A DNA stretch of 64,000 bases from contig CM082578.2 of the NCBI GenBank assembly GCA_040954595.2, forward strand, positions 8,665,519 through 8,729,518, written 5' to 3'. The notes under the pieces were generated by a model, which worked only from the letters and a program-made list of their open reading frames with translations, made no database searches and was not told where the DNA came from. Position numbers and translations under genes: made by a program. Origin of the DNA: Balanoglossus misakiensis. Its lineage: Eukaryota; Animalia; Hemichordata. This document shows positions 27,201-42,200 of the stretch, piece after piece. Numbering within the stretch: position 1 is the first letter of the stretch; each line of letters begins with the position of its first letter.

Positions 27201-30200
27201 CCGTTTCATTACATGCGTTTTACGTGTCTGTGAACACACATCAAGATAGCGGAAATAACGTGTGCACATACCCCCTTCATCCATGAACCTAGTTGGTGCC
27301 GGTGCTGTTAGCAGTGTATCTTCCAAAGCTCGAGGCCCTGACGAATTTCCCCTCTCCAGTAACTCATCCATGATGTCATCGAGATCAGGATCACCCTGAA
27401 TATCAGAAAACGAGATCAATGTTGACAGGAAGATACTGGGACAGGGGGGGGGCATGCAAATACAAACATACAATGAACAGTGCATGTTGAATTATTTAAT
27501 TATAATAATATGGACCACCCTGCTGAGCAGTGGACACGTCTGGCTTGGCTTCACTGTTGAACACTTACACCTACAACAAATTCCCCATCCAATCCCTCAT
27601 GTTGAAACTGACCTCCATTGTTATGGTGTGTTCTGTGCCTATCTGTGTATCCTCCTCCTGCGAGTGGTTTCCTTCTGTGTCCTGTTCCACTTCACTGATG
27701 TCCAGCATATCTAAAGAGCCACAAAATAGATACAATTCAGATACACATTTGCCGCAAAAATTTCACAACAGCTATTTTAATAGACACATTTTAATTTTAC
27801 AATAACAGTGAAATACGTTATACAATGTATCCAATTTTCCCCTCCCCCTTTGTATTTTATTGTACATTACCTGCATTTGCCTGGCTGCTTTCTTCTGTAT
27901 TTGCAGTGTTCTGATTAGTTGTGTCACTAGCATCTTCCCCACTTCTTGTGCTTTCACCTGCAATGGGTGGGAGAGTTGGGGTAAGTGTTTCAAGAAGTCA
28001 AGAGCCTGGCAGTGTTTCCCTTTAACCCTGACTTGGCAGTGCGCATTCGATGATTATTAGTCTCTTCGAGTTGTTTGAGTGAAGTTACCAGACCAGAAAT
28101 TAAACTGATAATCTGGATTGTGATTTGCTCTCCTGTGGAGAATTCATTTTCTGCACATTTGATTCATACACACTATACACAAAGTTTGAGATCTCTGACT
28201 ACAGGATATATGGCAGTTGAGATAATTTCAGCAATCATGCATACATACATGTATATTCTGTGAAAAATACACTTGCTCTAACCCTTTCACCACAATGGTT
28301 TGGTCCAAATCCATTGTTTTCTGTGATGAAGTTGGACCACCGCAGAAGGATACAGGGGTGAAAGAGTTAAACTGCAATCCTAATCTTACCTTGAGCTGGG
28401 GTCTCAGCACCTTCTCGCGTTACCACCTCGCTCCTACCGATCTTCTTGATGCTCTTGCTGGCAGTTGTTACTGCAGTGGGCTGGTTGACTATTCTGGTCA
28501 GAGTCTCCAGGGGTTTCAGAGCTGCGTTCACGGTGGCGGCCATGCTGGGACTGGACAAGTCCAGATTGTGCGGAATCCGGGATATGTCCGCCACCAGGCC
28601 TCGTTTCAACAGCATGCGGATGATGTTGTTCATGCCATTGGTTTGCGATTTGAAGGTGTGGGTCTGGTGGTAGGCTCCGGTCGGCGGGCAGGCATCGATC
28701 ATTATGCTGATAAGACCTGGTTTGGTGAAATGGGTGTGAACACAAACATGCAAGACATCAGGTGTGCTTTGGCAAGTTCACACGTTCAGATCACTAGATG
28801 ATTTTGTTCTATGCCATTCTATCATACGCTAATAAAATATACAAAGTACAGTTGATCCCATTCTCTACATTATTAAAATGTGTGTCACTATATGAATGAG
28901 ATTACCAGACACCTCCCAGACACTTGTCAAGCATCACTGTCTAATTCAATGAACACCGACCAATTCAGATAACCTGACACTGCAGAGAAAACCAGCATAC
29001 CTGTCAAGGCTTGTACTTTGGAGTGTTTTTCTGTACTTTCTGGCAGACCGAGAGCTCGTCCAAGGGCCGCTTTGACTTCATTCACCAATGCACTTTGGGC
29101 TTCTGTGCTATGCGTACAAGCTGCTAAGCTGGCGAGGAAGACCCTGGCCAGAGGTGGGGTGTCCTTATCGCCGGCTGTCTGACACTGCGGTAGCAGGTGA
29201 TCCATGATATAAGCTAACACATGACAATCCTGGCAGAAAATAAAAGACATTTGACTGATCAGATTTATGCATGCATCACTCTTTGTTTTCTTATCATACC
29301 ATATGAAGTTGAGACAAAGCTGTACCATTAGGTATACTGTCACAGAAAATTGTTGGCGAGTTTTCTTATGAGGTGTTGAATTCACACAATTTTAAAGCAA
29401 AAATGTCTTGATAGTTGGAATAGGTTCATATCTACAGGTTGCAATGTCCTATACTGTCCACATAATTCATCAGACAAGTGCAATTCATCTCCTGAATATT
29501 GGTGCACACATTACCTCTTTGATCACCGATGTTTGTCCAGCCAGATAGTGGTACTGTGCGATCATAGCAGCACAGCCGGAATAGGACCTGACCAGCTCTG
29601 CAAGGAGTCTCAGGATACCAGACTTGGGCATCAGAGGTTTCAGGGCGGCCGTTGCTTTGTTTTGCTCTTCTTTGCTGCTCTTGCTGCTGTCATCTTTGTT
29701 CTGATCAGACTCCACTTTTTCTTTGGTGCTGGATCTTTCCGTTGTCTCCTGGGATGTGGCAGGTCCAGCTGATGTACTTGGACCAGTTTCACCACTCTGC
29801 TGTACAGAACAAAGCAATTTGATGTGTTAAGCCTGCAAGTGTAACTGATCAGTGGGGCAAGCAGTCAGTATTCATAGAAACCATTCAATTCCAAAAAGAG
29901 AAATGTTGCGTAGTTGGCAGAGCCAAAGCAACTGCAGCTGTGATTGAGGAAGTTATGATGCTTGGCTGAAATACCAGTCTATCAACAGCTAAACCAGTCT
30001 ATCAACAGCTAAACAGTTTTCTTACACATTTCTTATCGCATTATATTATTTGTATTACTACCAGTCACTGACAATTCCAACACTTGGTAGTGGTTTCAAT
30101 AAGGCAATCACTATCATAAAGGCCCCTTTAGGAGTACTGTAGTATAAATTGTGTCAACAATTTGACACGACAGCAGCAGTAGCTGAATCAATTTATCAAG

Positions 30201-33200
30201 AATTTGCAAAAGGTGAATTTTTTACTTCTCCAGACATTCAAAGAAAAATGAGCCATGGCTATGGTTAGGACACTGTGTATCTTATTCCCCAAGATGACAC
30301 TTCAAAATTTCACAGAACATCAACTCCAGCATTCCAAACACACCCTTTATGTACACTAACAGCAGTGGCAACTAAGAATACTGAAAGTACCTGCGGCACA
30401 TCTTCAAATGTTTCAGCAACAACCACACTCTGCTGTCTGAGAGCAGTCCTGCTGCTAGCGCTGCCACTACTACTAGCGCTACTAGTGGAGTACTGGCGTA
30501 TGAATTCATCACCCACCTCTCGCAGAACCTGACCAACCTCTTCTTGTATTATCAAGGGACTCTCCTTACTCTCTGGTTTAGATTTGGCTGCTGTTTTGAG
30601 AGAAGAAACAAAAATGACATTAGCGAGACATACAAACAATTGGAAAAAGCTTTGCCATTTCTGTGCATTATCCATATAGAGAAGCGTCCCTCACATCAAT
30701 GGCCACAAAAGCTGTATTTCCTTATTGAGTATTCATTCACAAGTTTCTTCAAACTGATAATCAACAAACCCATCCAAAAAGTTCTGATAACAACTATCTG
30801 GTCTGGCCAAGAAGTTGCTTAGTTTTATTCATCATGGGTATCTTTAATACTAGAAGCTTGTTGTCATTTCATTTAGCATTTGGAAAGCAAAAGAAGAACC
30901 ACACCGATTGCTTGATCAGGGCAAGTCTGATGCAGATATTTGCCAAGGAGTTTGAATCTATCATGATTCATACGTTCATTACGATCACTGGCTGATCCGA
31001 TCCAGCTTCTTAGTTGCACGTATGAAATTTCAGGACAGTTGCTGATAACAATGTTTAACTGTCAGAACATCTAGATGAAAGATTATAACCACTCTTGTGA
31101 GCTGGTTAGTTATCCATGACATCTAATTAATTAGAGGTGGATGGTGTGTCACACTAATTTACAAATTACTGCTGTAACAGTTCATCTCACCTTCTTCTTT
31201 AGGTTTCTCTTCAGAAGGTTCAGCCAATGCATTCAGAAGATCACACAACACTTGCTTTATGGTGCCCTCTACAGGTGCTGGGGATGGAGTTTTGGCAGGC
31301 AACACTTTCAATATCTGAGGAACGTTGGGTCCCACCAGTCGGGATTCATCATCATCTGAGTTTTTGAGGAAAAACAATTAGATTTTTGTATATTAAGAAT
31401 AAATACTTGATAATATCTTTCTCTAATACCACTATTGATGTCAATGTGCTTACTGAAATTTGCGTATTATGAAAGGAACACATTTTATTTAAGAGCAAAT
31501 GTCAAAAGTTTTTAAATCAAAAGAAATGTATATTAACAAACAGTTGGCAAAATTCCTACAAATAAAGACAATAGATATGGGTGTTCAAACCAGTTTTGTA
31601 ATACAAATACACTTAGTAATTTTTACCCATGGACCTAGGGAACAATTCATTAGGTTATAAAATAAAGACATCTTCAGTAATTTTAACACTACACATTCTG
31701 GAACATTTTCATATAACATGCAGACATAAAACATACCTCTCCTTGATGGTGGTGGAAGGGCTACTCTTAGAACTGCCTTGGCAACATCAACAAAGAGGTC
31801 CGCGTTATGAGCAGCTGCAGGTCCTAATACTCTCATGATATAATGGAACTCTTTGGCACCCACTGTCCCGGCAGCAACCCCACATATGCTGCTGCCTATG
31901 TTGCCAGTCGCTGCCGCTCTTACAACCTATACAGGAAAAAAAGATCACACATTAGATAATAATAACAATAAAAAAGACAATTTATAATGCTCCTAATCTC
32001 TGATAATCAGTGCTCGAGGTGCGGGATGGCAAAAAGTAAACAAGAGGAAATCCATAAATATGGAAATAAAAAACAAGAGACAAACATCTTGTAAAACCTA
32101 GTATTGATTCAAAATCCATGGATTTTATGAGAAATAAATTCCAAACAAATACCCGCTTTTAAATCGTCTGTCATGAAGGTGCGTATGCCATATCTCACCT
32201 TTTCCATGGTGTGTTTGAGGGTGTTAGGTTCTTCCAATACATGTCTGATTATCAAGGTGGCTAGGGACGTGAAACCGGAGAAAGATGAGCTCATTTTCAG
32301 AGACAGCAGCTTCTTGGGACCATCCAGCTCTGCAAACATGACTGCGTGCTGATGCTCGCGGGTAAATCTCAACGTGACTCTCATCACAGCGTGAAGCGTG
32401 TCTGGATCCACAGGTATGCTGATCAGCCCAACACAACATCTAAGGAGTTCACAGGAAGAGAGATATGTTAGGGCTGTAATGGATTTATAACTATTGGCTG
32501 TACAGGTGCATGCAGAATTTTCTTTTTCTAACATTCCTGTCTGCTGGGAGTGCTGTGAGATCAAATCAATCTCATACTCGTACATACTTGAGCTACTTTT
32601 ATGGTCATCACCATCTCCACATAATCAAATCAGAAATCATTAATGCTGTACTCTAGTCTTACCTGACAATAACCAAAACCTGTTCTGGAGCTAAGCCTGG
32701 TATCACTGTCACAGGTCCCTCCTTTTTCTCTTCTTTTTCATTTGCCTTCGTCTTCTCAGATTTCTTCTTCTCCTGTCCTTCACTGGCACTGCCAATACGT
32801 TCAGTACCTATCAATACCACAAGAGAGCAAGCCAAGTGTCACCCACATTCAATATGTATGTGGCGCAAAAGTCTGACGTGCTAAAATGTGACAACAACTA
32901 CACACACTGTAGGTAGCCACTTTCTCTTGAAATACACATAGCAAGCTGAATATATATGTACCATAGCAAATACTTCAAATCTGGAAAGATGACAAACTAA
33001 TTTAATTCTGTCTGAAATGGTACATTTTAGGCCCTACCTTTGGATGCTTGTTTGCTGGTGGGACCTTCACCGTCTGTATCTGTCTTCCTCTTCTTTCCGG
33101 GTTCCTCCGGTTCAGATTTTTCCTTGCTGTTACTTTTCTTCTCCTGGTCTTCTTCCTTTGTCACCATGGATAACATGACAGGTCTCCGGTTGCCAGTTTC

Positions 33201-36200
33201 TTCATTTATCTGAAACAACAACACGCACATATTCAAATACACAACATTCTTGTGGGATTTATCTGCTGCGATATCCTCTTTTTCGCTTTTGCTCAATTCA
33301 TTGTTATATTTTAATTTCATGTCTCACATTTTGCTTTCTGAGACCTGATCTCTCACAAGATTGCACTTCTAGAAATTACCACAATGTTAGATTGAGAGTC
33401 CAGTTCAGACACTGACATTTGTGAAAATCAGAGCACTTTTTTTTGTGGCTGTGATCAAACAGATGATTTTTTGATCATCTTTTTTCTCATAATGCACCAA
33501 TTACAGTCATACATGATACAGAATATGCATGGAGGTAGATTTACTACTCATAGTTCTAATCAGTTAGTTAGTTCATTGCTGTTTTGTAAACTCGTAAGGC
33601 TGTTTACCTGCACCATGTGGCTGAACTGCACAGTGTATCTTCTCCGGCCAGCTGCAAAGCGGATGCTCGATTCCCCAGCATAATAGGCATCGTCGATAGT
33701 TTTGTTGTTGTTTGAACTGTAGTGGCACCATTTACCGTTGCGATCATCAAACCATTTCCAAGTGTGGGACGCGACCTGGAAAGTATAGGAAGGAACAAAA
33801 CAGTTGTTGTTAATCTTCAACCAATTAGTGCTGTTAAACACACGGGGTGGCAGTCAACAGAGGCAAAACTTGCTGATGTTGCAAAATATTACGCTCGAGT
33901 TGCAAACCACACTGAAAACCTTCTGAAAGGTTTTATCACCAAAAGATGTGTGATACAAAAAAATTGTATAGAACTGTATCTAGTGCACAAGTGTTACTAG
34001 GCATATGGCAGAGCACCTTCAATAGTGCCACACATTATTTAAAACAACACAGAGGAAATGTACACAAATATACCTTTCGCTGTTCCTTTTTCCTTTTGGT
34101 TGCAAGTGCAGTCTTTTCATACAGGTCCACCAGCAGCATCAAGGGGGCTAAATACCTAGTAACAAAATAAATGTTATAATTTGTTACTACTCAACAGGCG
34201 AATTTCTCATTTGTGAGAGTAAGGTTACAAGCTATACAAAGGATTTTTTTTTCAATTTTCACAGGTGTCCTTCAATCACTTACTTTGGAGTAGATGAATC
34301 TTTGGCTGCAGCCAAACACTGCTGTGTGCTGTCCAGTAGTCGGACCAAGGTGTCCAACACTGCAGACTTTTCAAGCGCCTGGGCACATGGTATCTTCATT
34401 TGCTGTTGAAAAGCAAAGACAGTATGAGAGAGAGAATTAGTTAATTAATTAACCATGGTTAATGTACAATTTTATTTGACCACTGTTTTAAATTTCTTTC
34501 AGCTGATATATGTATGAAATTTCATGAAAGTAACAACAAGTATATTAGCAATTTTCAGCAATTCTTCGTCTAGTCCTATGGGATTAGTCAAATTTAAGAT
34601 GGTGCATGCACATCCTCAAAGCCACAAAACTTTCGAGGACTAGAACAGTACCTCAAAGAGGAGACTGAAAATGTGTATTCTTGATGCCAGTTTAGCAGAT
34701 TCTGGTAACGACGCGAGTTGTTTAGCCCATTCGGTAACTGTCCTGTCATCTGATGTTGTTATTGGAGCTGACGCCTCAAGCAGAACCAATGCATACTCTG
34801 ATATCTGTGAAAAGAAGAAAAACACGAAACATATTCAAACTTGAATGTGCATACTTTCCATATTGCGCTGATTTGGGTTCCACTATGCAAAGTTGGTCTT
34901 ACATTCATTCTGCACCAACTCTATTATTGCACAAATGACAATGAACTTGTATTTACAAACACACCAGACCACACTCAGACGCGAGAACTATTTACCTGTT
35001 TGACGAGACACTGTAAAATGTCGTTTCTCCACTCATCACCATTGCGCATTTTCGCCACCACCAACAGATCGCATATCCTGTAGACAGTCTCTGGAAGCTC
35101 ATCAAGCAGACGGAGACAGCCTGGAAGCATCTTAGCTGTGAAATTGTCCAAAACACCCTTATCCAAAGGATCTTCCCAGTGCACCCTGTCCTTTTCTTCT
35201 TGCGCTTTTCTCTCCTCTTCCTTCTTTTTCTCCACTTCCTTTTTCTTCTTTTCTTCTTCCTGTTATTTCACACGAAACACATGTCAAATTAAACCTTGTC
35301 TCTCACGCAATTAGAATACCCTACTTTATGTTGAACCAGTACTACTGAGTTGAGTGGAATGTTATCAACAGCCACGACACTATCAGAAAGCGGTCAAATT
35401 TGCGGTCTTTTGTTAGTCAACTTCTGCACACTGCCATTACTTGAAGATAAACACACATCTCCTGTAAAGACACATGTTTAACCACTCCTCGTTTACAGTG
35501 AAATCACATGCTTGGTACATCTCAAGTTATTTAGAAATTACAAATTTCTTATGATTTGAAAGCCACACCAGACAATACACCAGTAAGTATACCCAACAAT
35601 GCATGGCCCTGTTAGCCACTGACTTGCAAAGTTTACAGAGCTTTCCTTGCAGATGGTTGGTGAATTTCAGTCTCGCAAATTGTGGCTACTCACCTCCTCT
35701 GTTGACATGAGCACATTTTCTCCCAAAGACATGGCTATTGCTCTCATCATTTGGTCTTCCTCGGACAAGCCAAACTCAAGAGACAAGTCCTGAAGCAAAC
35801 GACAGGACTGTATTGAATGCCTGGACTTGCTTTTAAAAATGGAATGATCTAAACCCATTATCAACCTAAAAGTCTTCTACGTTGTCTGAATCAGATATAG
35901 CACCAGTTTTGTGTGCACTATTTAATTACTGCCCGACTGGAGTTATATTTGTGCTGAATGATCGACAGAGTCCAAAAACCACGACTCACCTGTGATCCTG
36001 ATGGTAAAGGCGGTGGATGGGTTAGAATCCATTCTGTTGCTTGTTCAATGGATGAAGTGTGTATGAGTGCCTCCATTGCATGCTCTCTGGTGAACCCCAT
36101 ATCCATTAGCTGGAAAAATAACAGACAAAAGTCACTTGGTTTTTCATTGACACTACTTTTTTAAACTTTTCAGGTGATCTCATGCATGTTTTTGTCAGCA

Positions 36201-39200
36201 ACTTTTAATTAACTGTGATACTGAAATGAAATCATTCTCTTATATAACTTAATATCTTCATTCAATGTAAGTGAAGAGCACAATGTAACAGACATTATAC
36301 AGTTTCCCATCTCATGCCTTCAGTGTTGAAATTATAAATTTAATCAACTGTACAAGAGAAGACATGTTAAGACAAAAGCAAGACTCACCTGTTGCAAATG
36401 TTGAGGATTTGTCTCCGGTTGTTCTCTTCTACCAAGGATACCTCCCAGACTTCCAAGACCAGCCAGGCCACTGAGACCACCACCGGCGCTGCCAGGACCA
36501 GAGCTGGGACCAGTCTCGCTAGCTGTGCTGGTGCTGGTACTAGTGCTACCACCAGCACCAGCACTACCACTGGCACCACCAGATGATGAAGCACCAGCGT
36601 CAGTTTTCCCTCCTCCTCCGGTGATTCCCAGCATGAGTTTCTCCTTCTCCAGCCTCTCTTTGATTGTTGCCTCCCCTCTGAGGATGTGGCTGAGAATGGC
36701 CAGCATGCTTTCCGACATCCTGCCACCGTACACTTTGAGGGGTTTTCTGTTCCACAGACTCATTATTGCATTGAATGCTGCCTGCATGAAACAACGAAGA
36801 AAATACACCGATTTAAATAACTAGCTATTATTAGATGTGCGAGTAACTGACAGTTTGGCTTGCTTCAAGACAAAAGCAGTACACCACACTCACAATATCC
36901 ACACACTACAATTTATTACTAAATGAACATTGAAATTCATGCTCTGGCAACTGCAATCCAGGCCCAATTTCCTATTAGCAGAAAATAATATCTGCTTGAT
37001 CTCATAAAATAGATCTGAAAATTCCATGCCTACCTTGTGTGTATGTATGAGGAACTGCACAGGACTGAATGGTACAAAGCCTGGCTGAGATGTCTTTGTG
37101 GGCAAAGTGTGTGGGGATTCAAGTATGGTCTTCGTATTCACCATTTTTTCTACCAGCATCAGCCATGCATCCAGGAACTCACCAGTGCCATCTGTTTTCA
37201 TAAACAATGGAAATAGTTGTTTTGTTAATGAAGTTCTACTGCTTTCTCAAAATTTAAGAGTGACAACTGCCATGGTTTAATTGCTCTGAGAAGAACACTG
37301 TTGTAGAAATAAACATGCACCAGTAACTATACAGCAGACATCTCAATATGGCCAACAAACCAAGTGGATACTTTGACAATTTGCTGTCACACTTACCAGG
37401 AAGATCAACATGTTCTAACCCATCTTTGATGTCAACGTTCCCTCCGCTGGACAAAGCCCAGTTGAAGGTCCTGCAATAAAAAAGAAATTCTCCTTAGAAA
37501 GACTAGCCATGTCTGAATTTGTGACGGCACAAGCAAAGTACCACACAAATGTAAAATGCCATGTCACATGTATTATACTGTAAAATTGGAAATTTTCGCG
37601 AAGTCTCTAAACATACTCAGCTGTTCTACAGGCACTACTGATATTTCCACAAGCAGTACAATCTTGTCAACAACACTTTTCATCATCTTTGAAATAAAAG
37701 AACAAAGGCTATAATGGTTGAATTTTGTGAATGGTGTACACAGAACAGCTGTGAAATCTCCAAATTTGTAATCTACTTACTCAAAGAGGGCAGCATGTCC
37801 GCCAGAAGACATAAACTTTTGCAGCATCAGGTGGTACGGATATTTCTTCTCATCAAACAACATGGGAGATGTAAATCCAACAGAACAAATGAAAAATGTC
37901 AGCCTGAAAGCAAGAAAGAAATACTAGTAGTATCATTATATTGGCATGTGTCTTCAGTGGAACACTGCAAACAATAAAGCATGTACATGTAATTATTAAC
38001 GTAAAGAAACAAAAACATTTTCATAAATTCACATGAACATCCTGGTATCAAAAAATCAAATCTTTAACTCTTTACAGTTTAACAATCAGTAGTTGTTCAA
38101 AATGTGTACATTCGGGGTAAGACAGAGGTGCAAGTTTTGTGACAGCCATTCACACAGTTAGCAATCACATTCCAAGATTGGGTAAGCGTAAGTTTTTCCT
38201 CCGATCCTATGCAATGCTTCCATTACCATGTGCATACATTGCCTAAAGGGTTCAATCTTCGACAGAGAATGCCCCAATGTACCCGCAATACAAGTAGTTG
38301 GTTTAGACACCTACCTAAATCTTGGAGTTGGGGAGCTGGGCGGCGGTATCCATGACAGTCCACTTGCCAACAGCGTACACAGGGACGTGGCCGTGAGTCT
38401 GGCAGGCTCGGGGGGTAAGCTAGGATTGGTGGGTAAATGATGGCTCCTCCGTTGCCTGACGGGCGAGCCCACGCACAACTTGACCAGCAGTCCAAACAGC
38501 TCGGCCAGGGCTCTTCCCAGCCTCGACGAGGCCGACAGCAGCGGTTTGATCTGCTTGACTTGCTGCATGAGCTGCGGTGACATTTTGGCCTTCGTTTTCC
38601 CGTCCTGGGTTGAGACCGTCTTTTCGTCGTCAATATCCATAGGCGTGATTCCATTGGACGACGTGTCCATCGGCACACCACTGCTCTCGTTAGTCCTTAC
38701 ATTATTGCTAGTGGACGCCTCACTTTTGTCATCTTTCCCCTTCCCGGGTTTCCCAGGGACGTCGGGCTGAAAGTCCTTTGGCAACAACTTCTCCATGTCT
38801 CCTTTTCCAAAGTCGGAATTTTCCGGCAGAGAATCGGGGGTGCACAGGGCCAACAGGATGGTGCTCTCCCACACCAATGAGGAATACAGTCTGCTGAGTC
38901 CTTCAAGGACTTTCTGCCCAAGATCCGATCCCCAGTGATTGATAGAGATTGTCCGGATGTCACTCTGGTAAAATAAACGATAACATCAACATTAACTGCT
39001 TTAGCGTGAGAACGATACATGGTTATTCACAAAATTCTACCATGTATGGACCAGGGCTACATGCTTAACATATTGAGATCATTACACTTTGACCTTTAAG
39101 AGAGTGAGTCTACACACAGCCACATTTTGCGAATAACCCTATTGCAAAACATCCTTCAACGTAAATCAAGTACATGTATCGATCTATTCAGAAGATAGCC

Positions 39201-42200
39201 ACATGTCTGTTGAGCCAATCAAACAAACAAAACTGCATCTTTACTTACCGAACCTACCCTGCAAACATGTACAAACATCATGATGTAGGCATGGGCTGAG
39301 GCCATGGCGTGCAACAGAGGGGTCGCCGCAGCCGAGAGAGGTGCTTCTGTGATGTTGGGAGAGTTGGCCAGCTCCCGTAGAAGTACTGATCCGCCGGGCG
39401 TATCCACAGCTAGATGCAACGGTTCTAGTGATTGCAATACTTCATTCAAATGCAGCAGGCCTTGTTTGAGCACTTGCGGTTCGTGGGCTAGCGTCTGCAA
39501 ATGGAAATCAACAGTGTGTGTCTGTGACAGACAGCAGTTTTACGATAAACTTCTACTTTGGAATGAATAATTCAGATGTCAGCAGCAGATGATTAATAGT
39601 AATGACATCAAACATCAAAACCATACAAAAACATCCACTGCATATGTTTATACTTTTGCATTGCAATTTATCACAAACACTGATTGAGGCAGCATCTGAG
39701 GGACCAAGCAATGCTTTCCGTTGTTTTCATTTTATCCTCATCCAGACTTTCTCACAGCCAATTTATTGGAACTGGGATCTCAAATACAAAATTATTTAAC
39801 CCCTTCACCCCCAGTTCCCTCTTTACAGGTCCAACCTCACCATAGAAATCAATGGGTTTAGACTGAACCATGGTGGTGAAAGGTTAATAGTCTAGGCATC
39901 TGCACTTGTCAGTGATATGCAGAGGACACAAGGACTTACCAAGATAGACTTGCAGACACTCGCTACAGCTTGGCAAGCAGGGGTGGTCGGGAAATCAACT
40001 GGTAGATTTGGTAGTCCCAGTATACCCATTAGAGGTGTCAGTCCCTTCTGTGTTACAAACTCACGACAATGATCATCGGTTGTGTTATTGCTCAGGATAG
40101 ACTCCACAAACTTCATCTGTAAATAGTAACACATTAAACATTATGGCAAGGTTTTTCAAGAAAAAGATTCTGTCCTCCAGAAAACTATGCCTGAATTTAA
40201 CTTGGGGCTAGGTACCCTGTATTTCATGTGACAAAATTCAGTGAGCTGAAAATGTTTAGCGAATATGTTGACTTATTGATTGATGCCATTTTAGTTACTG
40301 GGTTCCACTTACCACATTCAGTACATAATCCAAAAGCGGAATTGGTGTCCTCGTTTCTGATTCTACAGCTCTAAAAGATTATAAAAAGACAGGACAGTTA
40401 GTGGTTGTTTGTAGAGAAAGACGATAAAAGAAATGGTCATATTGCATGATATTGCAGGAGCGTGTGAACGCTGAAATCATCGTTGGGTACTCACTGTGAT
40501 TCAGTTTCTGCCTTTGGAGTACTCGTCTGACTGGTTGTGCTGGAGACATCATCTTCCTCCTCCTCATCTTCGCTCGACACCTCATTTTCATTGGCCACGG
40601 ATCGGGACACTGTTGTTGTAGATTCTGTTTTACCTGAACTTCGACTACAGACAAACTTGGCATCTCTGCCCATTGCACATACTTCCTCCAACAACTGCAA
40701 AGAAACGAGACCAAGTTGAATTCCAGGCATGCAATTCCTAAGGACTCTCGACCTTATTACTTAGTCTCTCCTCATTTTGGAAAATCATACCATAAAACAC
40801 ATTACTGTCGAACTTGATCGGTGACTATGTATTTCTGAGAGGGTGTGAGATTCTATTATTCCTACAGCAGGCCTACTGCTCACACATCAAAATAATTCTC
40901 ACCTTGATGATTGCTTTGGTCGCATCTGTTCTCAGAGACGGTTGATGTCTCATAAGTTCATCCATGGCACTCCCTAAATTGGATGCAGTATCGCCTGTAA
41001 TGAATCCAAAGACAAATATGTAAATGTTTAGTTTCCCTGATCACAAATGACACCATAATGTCAGCATGCAAATTTCTCATATAGTACTGGGATATCATGA
41101 AACCACACTGATGTAATGGATTCAAATCACGAGGAATGTTCATATTTTTTGCTCAAGAGTGCTTCATGAGAACAGCAGTGAAAGCATGTACAGTTGAGTT
41201 GAGTTGAAAAGTGGACTGTCCTGACTGTGGAAGTTCATAATTTGTGTGTGTGCCATGATACATGGGTTAGCAAAGTGTCCCGTCATGGTGGTGGAATTTT
41301 GTGAGTGCTATGATATCTAACTGGGTTAGCATAAGATCTGGAAATTGTTCATGACAGATAAATCAATTTTATTACAGTGTAAGCAGCAGGACATAAGTAT
41401 TGACTGTAACCATCAATACCATATGACTGACACAACTGCTATGTTGATCTCGCATTGCCTTTATCACATAAACTGATTGACACAGCATCTGCAGGACCAA
41501 GCAATGCTTACTAAATGGTAGTTACATGTAGTATTAACAACTATTCCAGAAATAAAGCACTAATAATTCAGAAACTTTGATCAAAGGAAGGCAAATATCA
41601 ATTTCCCGTATACTGGAGAAATACATGCTTCAGACCCGACTGCTATTTTCAGTGCCTCACACACTCACCTGCAGGCTCAGAGCTTCTGCGTCTTCTCATG
41701 GCAGGCAAGTAGTCGGGTGACAGCAAGACTTTGAACAGCTTTTCAAACGGTTTGCACTTGACAAACGCTTGAAGACCTCTGGCGTTCAAGCACAGTGCAC
41801 TGAACACGTTGGGCAAGGAACCTAGGACCTCTTTTGTGGCTGGAACCTATGAAAGATGCAGATCTCTAGCATTAACAAATTATGATGCACCCCACAAAAC
41901 ACTGACCAGTAATTATACGCATGCACGAATGCATTGATACAAATTGGTCAATATGCAAAATACTACCGTTGTCATTTAAGCACCCCGAAACACTGATAAG
42001 AACTCCAATATAATTAGCCAGAGTAAACTGAGATTTTTATGCTGAAGTCGGCATATGGTTACATTTGCAATGATCATTATGCCTGATTACATAGCTCTGT
42101 ATCAACATGTACCACAGGGGGCATCCTGCTTCAAAACTGACACTGTGTAAAATCTCTTTACAAATGTGTACACATGTGTTTTAGACATGTTCGAAGCAGG

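Noticed and set aside
37617-37686. ATGATGA...CTGA 70 nt apart on the minus strand
   Set aside because: No terminal stem and no recognisable guide; compatible with chance.
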